Below, one piece after another: positions 35,360-47,800 of a stretch of DNA of 64,000 nucleotides (position 1 is its first letter; the number at the start of each line of letters is the position of its first letter). A model generated the notes under the pieces. It searched no databases. It was not told the DNA's origin and saw nothing but the letters and a program-made list of their open reading frames with translations. A program made the translations under genes and the position numbers. Source of the stretch: Octopus bimaculoides (lineage: Eukaryota); assembly GCF_001194135.2 (NCBI RefSeq), contig NC_069007.1:10709536-10773535 (forward strand). The letters run 5' to 3'.

Positions 35360-35470
35360 CTGAAATTGTTGATAATTGTTTAATTAACAAGTTGGACAGA
35401 TGAGTATGAGCATGCGCCGATCGTTACTTCCTTTTTCCGATTGAAAACGTGGAGTGACGGAAGTGGGAGG
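35360..35470 (-). promoter_or_regulatory. ORMDL: Probable ORMDL non-coding exon 1 and promoter
   Basis: A strong donor CAG|GTGAGT lies at 35360/35359. The region is locally CpG-rich with an ETS motif CGGAAGTG (about 35458-35465) and an NRF1-like GCATGCGC (about 35410-35417), next to a (GA)n tract. The TSS is unknown. Confidence 0.6.
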
Positions 35471-36824
35471 GAGAGAGAGAGAGAGAGAGAGAGCGAACGA
35501 TAGGAAGTAGTTACAGAGGGAGAGAGAGAAAAAGAGAAGAAGGTAGTTGGCGAGAAGATATTGGGACGACAGAGAGAAGAGAATAAGGGGGAGGAAAAGA
35601 GAAACAGAAGAAAGACAAATAGAGAGGGAGAGGAGAAGGCAGTGATTAATAGACAAGAACGAAGAGAGGAAAGTGTGTTGTGTAGAAAAAGTACCTCTGC
35701 CCCAGAAATGAGGAGGAGGAATTAGCTTGATAGAAAGTAGGAGAAAAGTGCGTCATGGAATAAGTAGAAAGGAGAATCTTGGTTAATAGAATAAATGACA
35801 AGACTCCCTTTGATTCAATATACATGTTCTGAATAAGTTGACACCCTTTAAGTAAATACGTTTGTAAAATAACAAATTACTTTGGATTCCATTATTTGAC
35901 TGGTGGTTCGTATATATTCAATCCAACCAGTGAGACACTATCTAGTTTCTCGACCTGCTAGAAATGGTGACCAAATCTTTACATGCTAGCAATAGTGTTG
36001 CCAGTTAAATACATTTACAATGGTGGTGGTAAACTTGACAACGTATTTAAAATGGTCCCTCCAGTAAGTTTCCTCTACACAGTTTCTGTCTAATAAACTT
36101 CACCCATAAAGCCATAGATGACCTTATTCTATGGTAGATGTTACCTGATGTACAAACGATGGGATTAAACCTTGAAGAGAAATTGTAGACTTAAAGATGC
36201 TTTTTTTTTTTTAACAACGTGAGGTGTTGGTGAGTGATCCTTGGCGTTTTGTGAGGACTGGCTACAAATGTAACTGCATTTGTTGTTTAGCCCCTGGTCA
36301 ATTCTGATAAAGAAAGCTCACAATTTGAGCTCACGTTCCTACCATAACCAGTCCATATTTTTACTTATGGACCTTTGGCATCCATATGTATTGTGAAATC
36401 ATGGATCAAAACTTGAAAAGTCTTATTTCAGTTTGTGTCAGTAGAATATAGAGAAGCATCATTGGAATATTGTCTCCGGGACATAGGGGTTGGTCAAGTT
36501 GTATGGAAGAGCAACGATTACCCTTAACACCTTACCTGGCAAGGACGAGTTAACTTGTCTTCACCCAGTTTGTCTCTTTCAGAGTGTGACAGGTGAACTT
36601 GTCCAAAACATAATTTCAAAAACAGCCACAAACGAGTTTATACGTCAATTCACCGGCATTTCTCAGTTTTTATCTGTCGAATGTAGCTGCAGTTATAAAT
36701 ATATATGTATTTAGAAACCTATCTATAATGACTACTGGAAACAGCTGTAAGCCAAATTTGCTATAATAAAGGAATTATGTGTAAAGACCATTATTTTAAC
36801 CTATCTATTATATATATATATATA

Positions 36825-37056
36825 TATCTGTAAATAATATGTGACAATTATTCGGTAGCCATGATAAAACTGAGTTTCGGATGTTGGGGCGGAAACCCAT
36901 GCCACCATCTCTTCAATTATCTGGCCATCGAAAAAATGCTATGAAAATGATGGCCAGATAACTGAAGAGATGGCAGGGTGGGTTTCCGCACCGACATCCG
37001 AAACTCAGAGTTTTATCATGGCTACCGAATAATTTGTGACATATTATTTACAGATA
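36825..37056. mobile_element. 232-bp foldback (palindromic) MITE
   Basis: Arms of about 105 bp are near-perfect reverse complements around a short loop. It sits at the edge of a (TA)n tract. Confidence 0.85.
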
Positions 37057-37119
37057 AATTCCTCTATTTACATAATATCGAGGTCTCTTTCTTTCTTTTG
37101 TTGTCTTACCTTTTCTATC

Positions 37120-37153
<34 letters not shown>

Positions 37154-37340
37154 ATTCACAAAAAAAAAAACAAAAGACAAAGACAGGTGGTGTAGAAAAC
37201 AAACAGATGTATTAGTATAACTGTCAGGAATTGAAAAAGTTTTTAACATTTCGAGCCTATGCTCTTCCACAGACAGGAACACAGAAAGAAACAAAGAGAG
37301 AAACAAGCAGAGAAAAAAAATGTGTGTAGTGGTTAGCGAT
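37057..37340. repeat. Interspersed repeat; second copy at 41070-41205
   Basis: Both copies share AGAGAATTCACAAAAAAAAAA..GACAGGTGGTGTA..AAACAGATGTATTAGTATAA..GAGCCTA(T/C)GCTCTTCCACAGA. Confidence 0.8.
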
Positions 37341-37353
37341 CTATCTATGTATA

Positions 37354-37698
37354 AGTTGAATAAAGTTACAACATGGTCTGGTTTTCATGTTTTTTATTAT
37401 TGTATTTAAAAAAATTTTTTTTACAATGTTGAAGTGGGTTAAACATTAAAAAAAAAATATTTAGTAATGTTCATGAAGTTCAATTAGCACTTTCATACTT
37501 TTGCAGTAATCAAATTTCAAAAGGTGTTAACTCACAGTTGGGTCAAGTGCTTGGTCAAGCATTCAACTCAACTGTCAGTTAAATAAATTTAGAAATCTGA
37601 TGATTACTGCACACTTCAACATTGTAAAAAATTTTTTTTTTTAAATACAATAATAAAAAAAACAGGAAAACCAAACCATGTTGTAACTTTATTCAACT
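37354..37698. mobile_element. MITE with TIRs of about 85 bp
   Basis: AGTTGAATAAAGTTACAACATGG..ACAATGTTGAAGTG pairs with CACTTCAACATTGT..CCATGTTGTAACTTTATTCAACT. Confidence 0.8.
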
Positions 37699-37801
37699 GA
37701 TATGTTATTCTATACACATTTACACAAATTCAGAATAGCGTCCAATAACACTATCCGTATCACGTCCTCACTTTGTTGTTTTTTTGTTATTGTTTTTTTT
37801 T

Positions 37802-37862
<61 letters not shown>

Positions 37863-40800
37863 GTGTGTATGGAGGATTAGCATTTGTAGTGAACAGAGCT
37901 CAACAGAATCCTCATTCTTCTTTAGAGGAGCTCTTGGCTCTGTGATGCAGTTGTAGTAATATTACACATTGTTCTTTCTTTTTAAATATTCAATTGCAAT
38001 ACCTAATCAACTATGTACATTCTTATTGCCAACATTAGAACCTATTTCAGTTGCCACACTGCCTTGCAGTCTGAAATATCTTATGTCTTTGACCCTCATT
38101 TCTTAGAACCTTGGTAAATTTTTTATTCTGGGTTTCTTTTCTTGCTAGAATTACCTGACATCTCACTTTTCTTCTCAAAGTTTGGAATTACATTTTCCAA
38201 GCCTGCCTCTTAGCCTTACTAGCTCTATGTACAACGCTATTCCAGCACAATGTCACCCTCTTTTTGGCTGGGATCTGGTACCAGCCACATTTTTGGTCAT
38301 CTGGTTCTATCCATTGTTATTTTTTTTTTCCTGCACTATCATGTGTCAATTAATATGTCTCTAAGCTTGTTACTAGTCATTTGTTCTCTCAGTTTCCATT
38401 TTCTCTTTCTCCAGATTATCTTCTGTCTTGGTATCCATCTAGTTCTTACTCTGAAGTCACTAACCACTAGTCTATGTTAGATCGTGCATTCTTTCCCATA
38501 GATTTAACATTCAAAACAAACTGTTCATCTCTCTTTCTAGTGACCACATAGTCTCCCTAGCTTCTGTACTCAGGGAATTGATAGGAGATCAGGTTGCTGG
38601 CCAATTTGTTCCATTATATTTATTTTCACTTCAGATAAGATTGCAAATTGTGTTTGAAGGTTGAGTGAAATGCTTTGTAGAACTTATTTCAGCTTTTTCA
38701 GTTCTGAGTTCAATTTATAACAAAGTCAAGTTTGGTTTTCTCTATTTTTGGGTTAAAAAAATGAGATACTGATCTAGTGTGGTGGATTGGTTGAATGGTT
38801 ATAGTATCAAACCACATTCTTGTGGTATTTGTTGCAGCTCTTTGTGTTCTGGGTTCAGTCTCATTGTAGCTTACTTGGGTAATCGATTTAATCTGGATTA
38901 ACTTCATCAGCTGGTCCTTGAGTACGTTTAGCAGAGTGTACTCTCTTATATGCATTAAGGCTGTGTTTCTGGTTTGAAGATATCTGCCTCCCTTCCTCTT
39001 ACCAATCTCACAGGACCTGAAATAGCATCATGGCTACTGCCTTTGTCTCTAAATGATAAAAAATATAAAATGAACATAAGGCATAGGAGTGGCAGTATGA
39101 TAAGTAGCTTGCTTACCAACCACATGGCTCCAGGTTCAGTCCCACTGCATGGCACCTTGGGCAAGTGTCTTCTACTATAGCCTCAGGCCGACCAAAGCCT
39201 TGTGAGTGGATTTGGTAGACGGAAACTGAAAGAAGTCCGTCGTATATATGTATATATATATATATGTATGTGTGTGTATATGTTTGTGTGTCTGTGTTTG
39301 TCCCCCCAACATCGCTTGACAACCGATGCTGGTGTGGTTACGTCCCTGTAACTTAGCGGTTTGGTAAAAGAGACCGATAGAATAAGTACTAGGCTTACAA
39401 AGAATAAGTCCTGGGGTTGATTTGCTTTACTAAAGGCGGTGCTCCAGCATGGTCACAGTCAAATGACTGAAACAAGTAAAAGAGTATAAGTATTTCTCTG
39501 CCTAAATTTGGCAGCTTAGGTGTTTGTTTGAATCCAGATCAGTTCTGATTAGACAGATTTATAGACATTCCAGCTATGACCATCTTGTCATTTTTTTTCC
39601 CCCAGATGAAGTGTTTAAAGGAGAACATTATTCATTATCTCCTTCTTTTTTAAAGATGGTAGGATGTGATTTGAGGAAGACTTAGTTGCTACTTCTTGCA
39701 GGATGGTCAAGCAGATGCTCTTTCATTGACTTGTGCCTGACTCATTTGTTTTGTTGTGTAATTCCATAGGAATGACTGGCCACTCCTATGGCATATTGAC
39801 ATGCTATAAATGATAGTCAAACATTCTTCAACTATTACACTACAATATTAAAAATAAACACTTGAATGTATTCGTCCTCAAATCATACCCTATTTTTATA
39901 TGAATGCATGCACACAGGTATGAGCCAACATAGGAACTTCTACATGCCATTGCAACCTGGTAGAGATAGTTGGTAGAAGGTTAATAATCAGAACTGATTA
40001 CCTGCATTCCCAAATGGATCACTTGAAGATTATGGAGATCTTTTCCACATGAAATCATTGATTGCCTTTTTAATTCACAAATAAAAGATATTTAGCCACC
40101 AAATGCAGTGTTGAGAACTCATTTTCACTGTCTGATACTGTTATATATATATATATATGTGTGTGTGTGTGCATGTATATACAAGCCAGTAAGTAAGACA
40201 TATAAATGGGTGCTATATGTGATAGAAAAAAAACAGCCAAATCTTTCTCTAACCTCATCCGAGATTCTCTGAAAATTTTCAGTCAAATAATGCAGCGCTA
40301 TCAAAAACAAAATGCCTTATGACCTGGAAGTTTCAATCATGTCCTGAAAATTTAATGGCTACAATTGTTTCATTTCTCCAGACTGTCTCTGAAACCAACT
40401 GCTTTTCCATTTGAATTAAAAATATTTTGATTTTCTTTTCTGATTCAGCTTTACCATGAACATAAATCTCAAAAAATCACTGAACATTTTTAAATTGAAA
40501 TTTGTGGATATTGTCTTTTTAATGGTCAGGTTTATGTTAAGACATTAAAAGACCCTGGTAGACTCTTCATCCCAGCATCACAAGTCCAAACCCAAAATAT
40601 TCATCCCAAGGGTTTATATTTTTGTATTTTATATGTATANNNNNNNNNNNNNNNNNNNNNNNNNNNNNNNNNNNNNNNNNNNNNNNNNNNNNNNNNNNNN
40701 NNNNNNNNNNNNNNNNNNNNNNNNNNNNNNNNNNNNNNNNNNNNNNNNNNCATAATTAAGGGATCAGCAAGCATTTGCTTCACCATATACCGAAGTTCAG

Positions 40801-41365
40801 AAATAGCAGCTAAAAAAGCTGAGACTCCAACAGATAGCATTACTTGTAACTCACAAAGGCAAAAACAAGAAGAAAAAACAATGAAAACTAACCATTTAAA
40901 GTTAATCATAGACGCGTTTCTGGATTATGAATGATAAAATTCAATTTCCGTCATCGGTATGATATTCCAGTAGTACATTCGACTATGCTAACAAACCGCG
41001 CAAGTATGAATGAGTGAACATCATGCCTCGACACAATCTGAAAGCATAACCGAACTTACCTCGGCCATAGAGAGAATTCACAAAAAAAAAAACAACAGAT
41101 GAAGACAGGTGGTGTAAAAAGCAAACAGATGTATTAGTATAATGATCGGGAATTGAAAAAGTCTTTAACGTTTTGAGCCTACGCTCTTCCACAGAAAGAA
41201 ACCAGGAGAGAATGATAATAATAAAGGTTTTACATAAAGTTTAAAGGCTTCAGATGTCGTGGTGTATTGGAGCAATTTCTCATCAACAAATGGGTCCAGA
41301 GTAATCCATAGGCAGGAGAGGTGCAGCTGGAGTGTAGAAAGGTAACATATGTGTTTGTGTTTATA

Positions 41366-41735
41366 TACAAGGTGGTATCAAAAGGTTCCTTGACTAGTTA
41401 TGCTTAATAAAAAAGAACTTATTTACCTAAATTCTAACATCATCTTCTTTGAAACAGTCACCTTGTACAGCAATGCACCGGTTCTAGCGTTTCTGCCTCT
41501 TTTGGAATGGGAGCTGAAATTTGTTTTCGGTAAACAAGTCAAGGACCCCTGTGATTTGCTTTGGATCTTGACAACAGTGTTAGATAATGACCTTTGAGCT
41601 GCATTTTCATCTTGGGAAAGAGATGGAAGTCTGCAGGTACTAAATATGGCAAATAGGGTGGGTGCAGATGTGATGCCATGTTATTTTTGGTAAGAAAATC
41701 ATGAGTGAGGAGAGCTTAGTGACAAGGTGCATTCA
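41366..41735 (-). mobile_element. Mariner-like relic
   Basis: Starts TACAAGGTGGTATCAAAAGGTTCC and carries antisense mariner-like wording (TCACCTTGTACAGCAATGCACCGG..). Confidence 0.45.
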
Positions 41736-42431
41736 TAATTCCCTTTGCATCAATTAAATTCATAATATTTCTTTGCAATTAAATATTAACCTCATTTAAT
41801 TTAGTGAAAATATCATAAGAATATGCAACATCAACTCTTTAATTGCTTAGTTCTTAATTCATTGTATGAATTAAGAAATTCTAAAGCAGTACAATTGAGA
41901 TCATAAAAACGCTTTAAACATTTTCTATTCACAAGCCATTGTATCTCAGCATGAAGCAGCAGGCATTTAAAATTTACTTCTTTCTCATGGCAAAGCTTCC
42001 AAAAGATATTATCATTCAGTGACTAGGCCTCAGTTTTATTTACCTGTTTTAATTACCTCATTCAACATGTTATGTAGCCTAGCGCTAAGACGTTTTGCAG
42101 CCAAGTGTTCTTGATGAATAACGCAGTAAACTTCAAATATATGTAGAACTGTTTCTTTTAAATGTGCTATAAATTCACAATAATGGCCTATCACAGCTGG
42201 TGCAACATCTGTTGCACAACAATATTTGTGAGAAGAATATTCTTAGCACTAAAAAGATCTTTAACAACCTTAAAAATTGTAGAAACTTTTGTGTCAAATT
42301 CCATCTTTCAGCAAATAGAAACTCTTCAATAATTTCCTAATTTGAATTGACGTAATGGACATAGTCCATTCATAAAAATTCATTGTCGTGTAAAGTTGAC
42401 TCATCAAGTTGTAAAGAAAATTCTTTGATTT

Positions 42432-42657
42432 TTAATCCTTTAGAATTCAGATTTCTCTGTCAAATGTAATGCTTATTTATTCACAGTGTCTTGAATGAAT
42501 TCTGCATTATCTCAGACTCTGATGTTTTGATGAAGTGATTGTTTATTTTTAGAATGACATTGTAGGGTAAGTAAGAGAGGCTGGATTAGGTTAGTTTTGA
42601 CATACAACTGATAGAATATTTGGACAGGATATGGCCAGTAAAATGCTAAAGGGTTAA
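42432..42657. mobile_element. piggyBac-like MITE (TTAA TSD)
   Basis: TTAA-TCCTTTAGAATT..AATGCTAAAGGG-TTAA, the same family as 61415-61642 and 61814-62042. Confidence 0.7.
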
Positions 42658-43713
42658 GCATCACACTTTACATTCGCCAGAACCGCCTGACTGGCCTTCG
42701 TGCCGGTGGCACGTAAAAGCACCCACTATACTCTCGGAGTGGTTGGTGTTAGGAAGGGCATCCAGCTGTAGAAACTCTGCCAAATCAGATTGGAGCCTGG
42801 TGTAACCACCTGGTCCACCAGTCCTCAGTCAAATCGTCCAACCCATGCTAGCATAGAAAGCGGATGTTAAACGACGATGATGATGATGATCTTTTGCCAT
42901 TCTTGCTGCTACTTGTACTATTACTAAAAGGAATTGACACAGTTATAGCATTTTTACCTGTACAAACCATAGTATCCAAAACTTGCATTTATAGCTGGTA
43001 AGAGTAGAGTTTCAACAATAGTATGTGGTTTTCCGCATTTCACAATTAAATTTTGAAAGTTTATAAGACATAACCAACCCCTTCTCAATTTGCTTCATTT
43101 GTTTGGTAAAAACAACCCTTTAAGATGGTTTTTTAAATAATTTTTCATTTGGTGAAGCAGTCTTCACCTTTTCCTGCTTTATCTGGATTCATTTTTTGTT
43201 AATGTTCAATTATTCTTGAAGGCTTCCGTGCTTCCTTTGAGAAGATTTTTTCACATATTAAACACAGCAGCAACTGTTCATTATTTAAAGAGGGAATAAA
43301 TCCATATTTCAAATATTCACTCGAATATCTATCTATATCTATCTGTCTATCTATGGCACTTTCTTTTCACACTCACGCTAAATTTTTAAAAGAATAACTT
43401 ACACATTTAATTATATCATTAAGCAAAATATAATGGAGATCATAACATACAAAGAAAACAAACAAGATTGCACGCCTAAAAAAATACTATTCAAGACAAA
43501 AGTACAAGATTAAAAATGAATTATTCTTGTACAAACATGTCTTTTAGCAACAATATTTACTTATCTCTCATTTTATTTTAATTGTTTCATCATGTATAAT
43601 ATAATTACTACTGTAGCACCTTGGGCAAGTGTCTTCTACTATAGCCTCGGGCTGACCAAAGCCCTGTGAGTGGATTTGATAGACGGAAACTGAAAGAAGC
43701 CCGTCGTATATAT

Positions 43714-43749
<36 letters not shown>

Positions 43750-44526
43750 ATATGTTTGTGTCTGCGTTTGTCCCCCCAGCTTCACTTGACGACCGGTGCT
43801 GGTGTGTTTGCGTCCCCGTAACTTAGCGGTTCGACAAAAAGTAACCGATAGAATAAGTACTAGGCTTACAAAAAATAGGTCCTGGGGTCGAGTTGCTTGA
43901 CTAGAGGCGGTGCCCCAGCATGGCAGCAGTCAAATGACTGAAACAAGTAAAAGAGTATAGGTAAAATTTAGTATGTTAATTACGTTTTTTTTTTTATCGC
44001 TCCACAAAAGCCTAACACGCTTTCGACATGCCCTGCTCCCGCTGACGAAGACATGGCAAGGGAGGTAACTCATTAATTGACGCTGGCAAGAGTTACCTCT
44101 ATTTATCATTTGAAGGTTAAGAACGGACAACACAAACTACAGCTGCTACAGGTCAGTTATTTCACGATTCTTTCTCCATGTTCCTTGCTTTTTGTTGGTC
44201 AATTCGTATGTTTTAAAATACGATAATTAATTAATAGATGTTAATTAGAGATCGTTATATTTAACGCCCTAAATAAATACCATTTAAGACTTCTACATGC
44301 CGAAGTACCGTTTTGAAAAACAAAAAAAAAGTTTCTTTCCACATCAAATACTCCGAAATTAGCGGCATTGGTTACACATAGACACATGTGTATCTGTAGT
44401 TCTTATATCCGAAGAAGAAGCACACTCGAACATTAGAGCAGGAGTATATATTTTTTAGGTAGTTGTTATGGCCGGCCTTTGAGTGACCATTGGTTTCACA
44501 CCTATAAAGCGCTTGGCAGTATAGGC

Positions 44527-44828
44527 CAGGGGTTTTCAAACTGTGGTCCCAGGACCACAGGGGATCCGCAAGGACAAGACAGGGGGGGGGGTCCGTGGAC
44601 AGCAAATACTTTTTATGGGCAATTTGATTTTATATATGTTTTTTAATCGAAATCTTTTAATTGACAATAAACCTATTTGTTAAATACTGTTAAATAAATA
44701 AATGTAAAAATATATGTTATTTTAAGCAAATATTTATGTGTAAATTTCATAAGCGTTTATAAGGGGGTCCCTAAAGTAAAGCCTGAAATATAAAGGGGTC
44801 CGCAAGTCAAAAAGCTTGAAAACCCCTG
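44527..44828. mobile_element. hAT (Charlie-type) MITE, 302 bp
   Basis: TIRs CAGGGGTTTTCAAACT and AGCTTGAAAACCCCTG, with a perfect 8-bp TSD GTATAGGC at 44519-44526 and 44829-44836. Confidence 0.92.
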
Positions 44829-47800
44829 GTATAGGCGACCTGTCAAGACTCAAATGGCCTATACTGCTAAGCGATTTATAATTGCAAAGCCAATAGTAAC
44901 TCTATGACCGGCCGTAACAGTTAACTTCATGTGTATGAGTTTATATACACATATATATGTATACATACACACATGTAACTATGTCAGCAAGATACGGTTG
45001 GATAGACGTTTGCTTATTTTTATTTATCTCTGTAGGAGTTTAACTTGAACACAAGAAAATAGAAAACTGGAATTTCAAATATTAGAGAAAGAAGAAAATG
45101 TTTACTTAAATGTTAAATCGAAAAAACAAAAAAGATTTAAAGACGCTAAACGTTAGGATTGCCTACCATGCGTTACATAAATATTTCTGATGTACTTTTA
45201 CAATTTATTATAACAACTATTGTTGCTTGAATACCTTCTTTGAGAATCTTTGAGAAGCCAAATCCAAGATCAAATAATTTAACTTCGTTTTTTTCTTTTC
45301 GTATTACATGAACTGAGACAGTCTGTAGATTTTGGCTGCTATTTCTGAGGTCGTACGAGACTCTGTAGAAAGGAAACGGTTCTTGGCATGTTAAATTATT
45401 TAAAAGAAAGGTGTAAGCAGGTCAAATTTAAGTAATATTAAAATAACCCGGTTTATATATATATATAAATAAGTCGTCTAACAGTCCATAAGTCAGGAAA
45501 AAGATGCACTCGTATATGTGTCAATAGAGTGGGTATATTATCCATCCGAAGTGTACAACATTATATATCCATCACAGCTGGTCTTATCAATCGGGTTCGC
45601 TCTAGGTTCTCACCAATCGATTGTTATTTAACATTCCATTGTACCCCTAGTGCGAAACCGATTGATAAGATCAACCACAATGGATATATGATACTGTACA
45701 CATCGGATAACATATTTATAGATAGATAGATCGATAGATATGTCCACACACATATACATAATATGTTTTTGTTCAGCTGTTCTAGACATGACCACCCCCT
45801 CTTATTTATTCTGTTAACTATATTTTGAATCTCGAACTATAATTATACAACGTGTCTATTCCTATTTATTAATTGTAGGGTCTTTCAGTTCTCGGTGAAC
45901 AGGGGATAGCTGTGATTCTGACTAGGAACAATAGTCGCAGAAAAATGCACCATTTCATTTATAATGGTTTAAGTAATTAGGTATAATAATTCAATTAGTT
46001 TATTAATGAACAATCATAGACACAATGAACAACATTATATATTTCGCATATGTGAAAAACAAAAACAAAAACGTGCTATTCAATGTCTTCAATAAAATAA
46101 AAAAGATATATTAAATCAGTCATTTATTGAAGTTTTTCTGCGACTTCCTTTTTTTCTCTGGATTCTTTCTAATTTGGTCGGGATTTAACTGCTATTTATA
46201 GCATGTCGAACACACTGGGAGTCATCGGTTGTTGGTGTTATTGGACGCTGCTTGTCACACGACGATGAGTTCGAAACCAGAAAATAGCGTCGCAGCATCG
46301 TAAAAAAAAAAGCCGGTAAATGTATTCCTGTAGAATAGAGTCGGAAATTATCCAGTTCTTCAAGGAAAGCTGCAGAAAAAGTTTCCGTTTTGACTTTTTT
46401 CGGATTTACGCAAAAACCACAATTTTGAAGAATCTCGAGTGTTTGAAACAAATATTCTTTTATTGTTTTTCTTTCATTTGTTTCAGTCATGTGACTGCGG
46501 CCATGCTGGAGCACTGCCTTTAGTCAAACAAATCGACCCCAGGACTTATTCTTTGTAAGCCGAGTACTTATTCAACCGGTCGACGTAAACACACCTGCAT
46601 CAGTTGTCAAGCGATGGTGGGGGTACAAACACACACACACACACACACACATGTATGTATACAACGGGTTTCCACTCACAAGGCTTTGGTTGGCCCGAGG
46701 CTATAGTAGAAGACACTCACCCAAGGTGCCATGCAGTGGGACTGAACCTGGAACCATGTTGTTGGTGAGCATGCTACTTACTACGCAGCCACTCCTGCAC
46801 CGATGGGGGGGGGGGGAATTCAAAACGAAGTTAATAATACTAAAACATTATGGAAAAGGAGAAGCACCGCACCACTGCCTTTTTTTTCCTTCAGTTTTCT
46901 TTTTCTGACTTACGTCGTATGCTACTTAAAACAGAGATCCACAGAAATTACAGTTTTTGGTGGACTAGATAATTTCCAACAGAAGTATTTATTGTCATAC
47001 TGTGCCGGTGGCACATAAAAAATACCATTCAAACGTGATCAATGCCAGTGCTGCCTGAATGGTCCCGTGCCGGTGGTATGTAAAAAGCACCATTCAAGCA
47101 TGGTCGATGCTAGTGCTAGCAGACTGGTTCTGTGCTGGTGGCACATAAAAAGCACTCACTACACTCTCGGAATGGTTGGTGTTAGGAAGGGCATCCAGCT
47201 GTAGAAACTTTGCCAGGTCGGATTGGAGCCCGGTGCCGCCTTCTGGTTTGCCAGCCCTCAGTCAAACTGTCCAACCCATGCCAGCATGGAAAGTGGACGT
47301 TAAACGATGATGATGATCAAGATAATTAGCATTGGTCATTTACAGTTGACATCAGCAATAATTACTGACTGAGAGAGAGAGATACTGCTCTGAAGTTACA
47401 GAAAGCTATTAGTATGGCAACATGTGGTTGGCCCAAGGTGTCTGAAAACAAGTATGCTACATTCATGGCTACAGAGGTTTGATGTGCTAGAAAATGCACC
47501 CAAATCTCCCACTTTAACATTAGTGAATAAATGCTCTGATTCAATTACATACTCTCTTATCAAACAACAACAACACAAACATGAACAGCAGTAACATAGA
47601 GAGTTAAGCCAAAGACTGGGAATCCTGGATGTTTAAAACCAAAATCCAAAATGTTGTTTGAAGAAAAATGTTGGCATGAAAATTTACTACCGTTTTTCAG
47701 AAAACAAAAGTTGATAGGAAGTACTCATTGCAATGAATATAGCATTATTAGATTTATTGGAACAAGAATGGCAGCCACATTGGAGCCTTTTAAATGTAAA

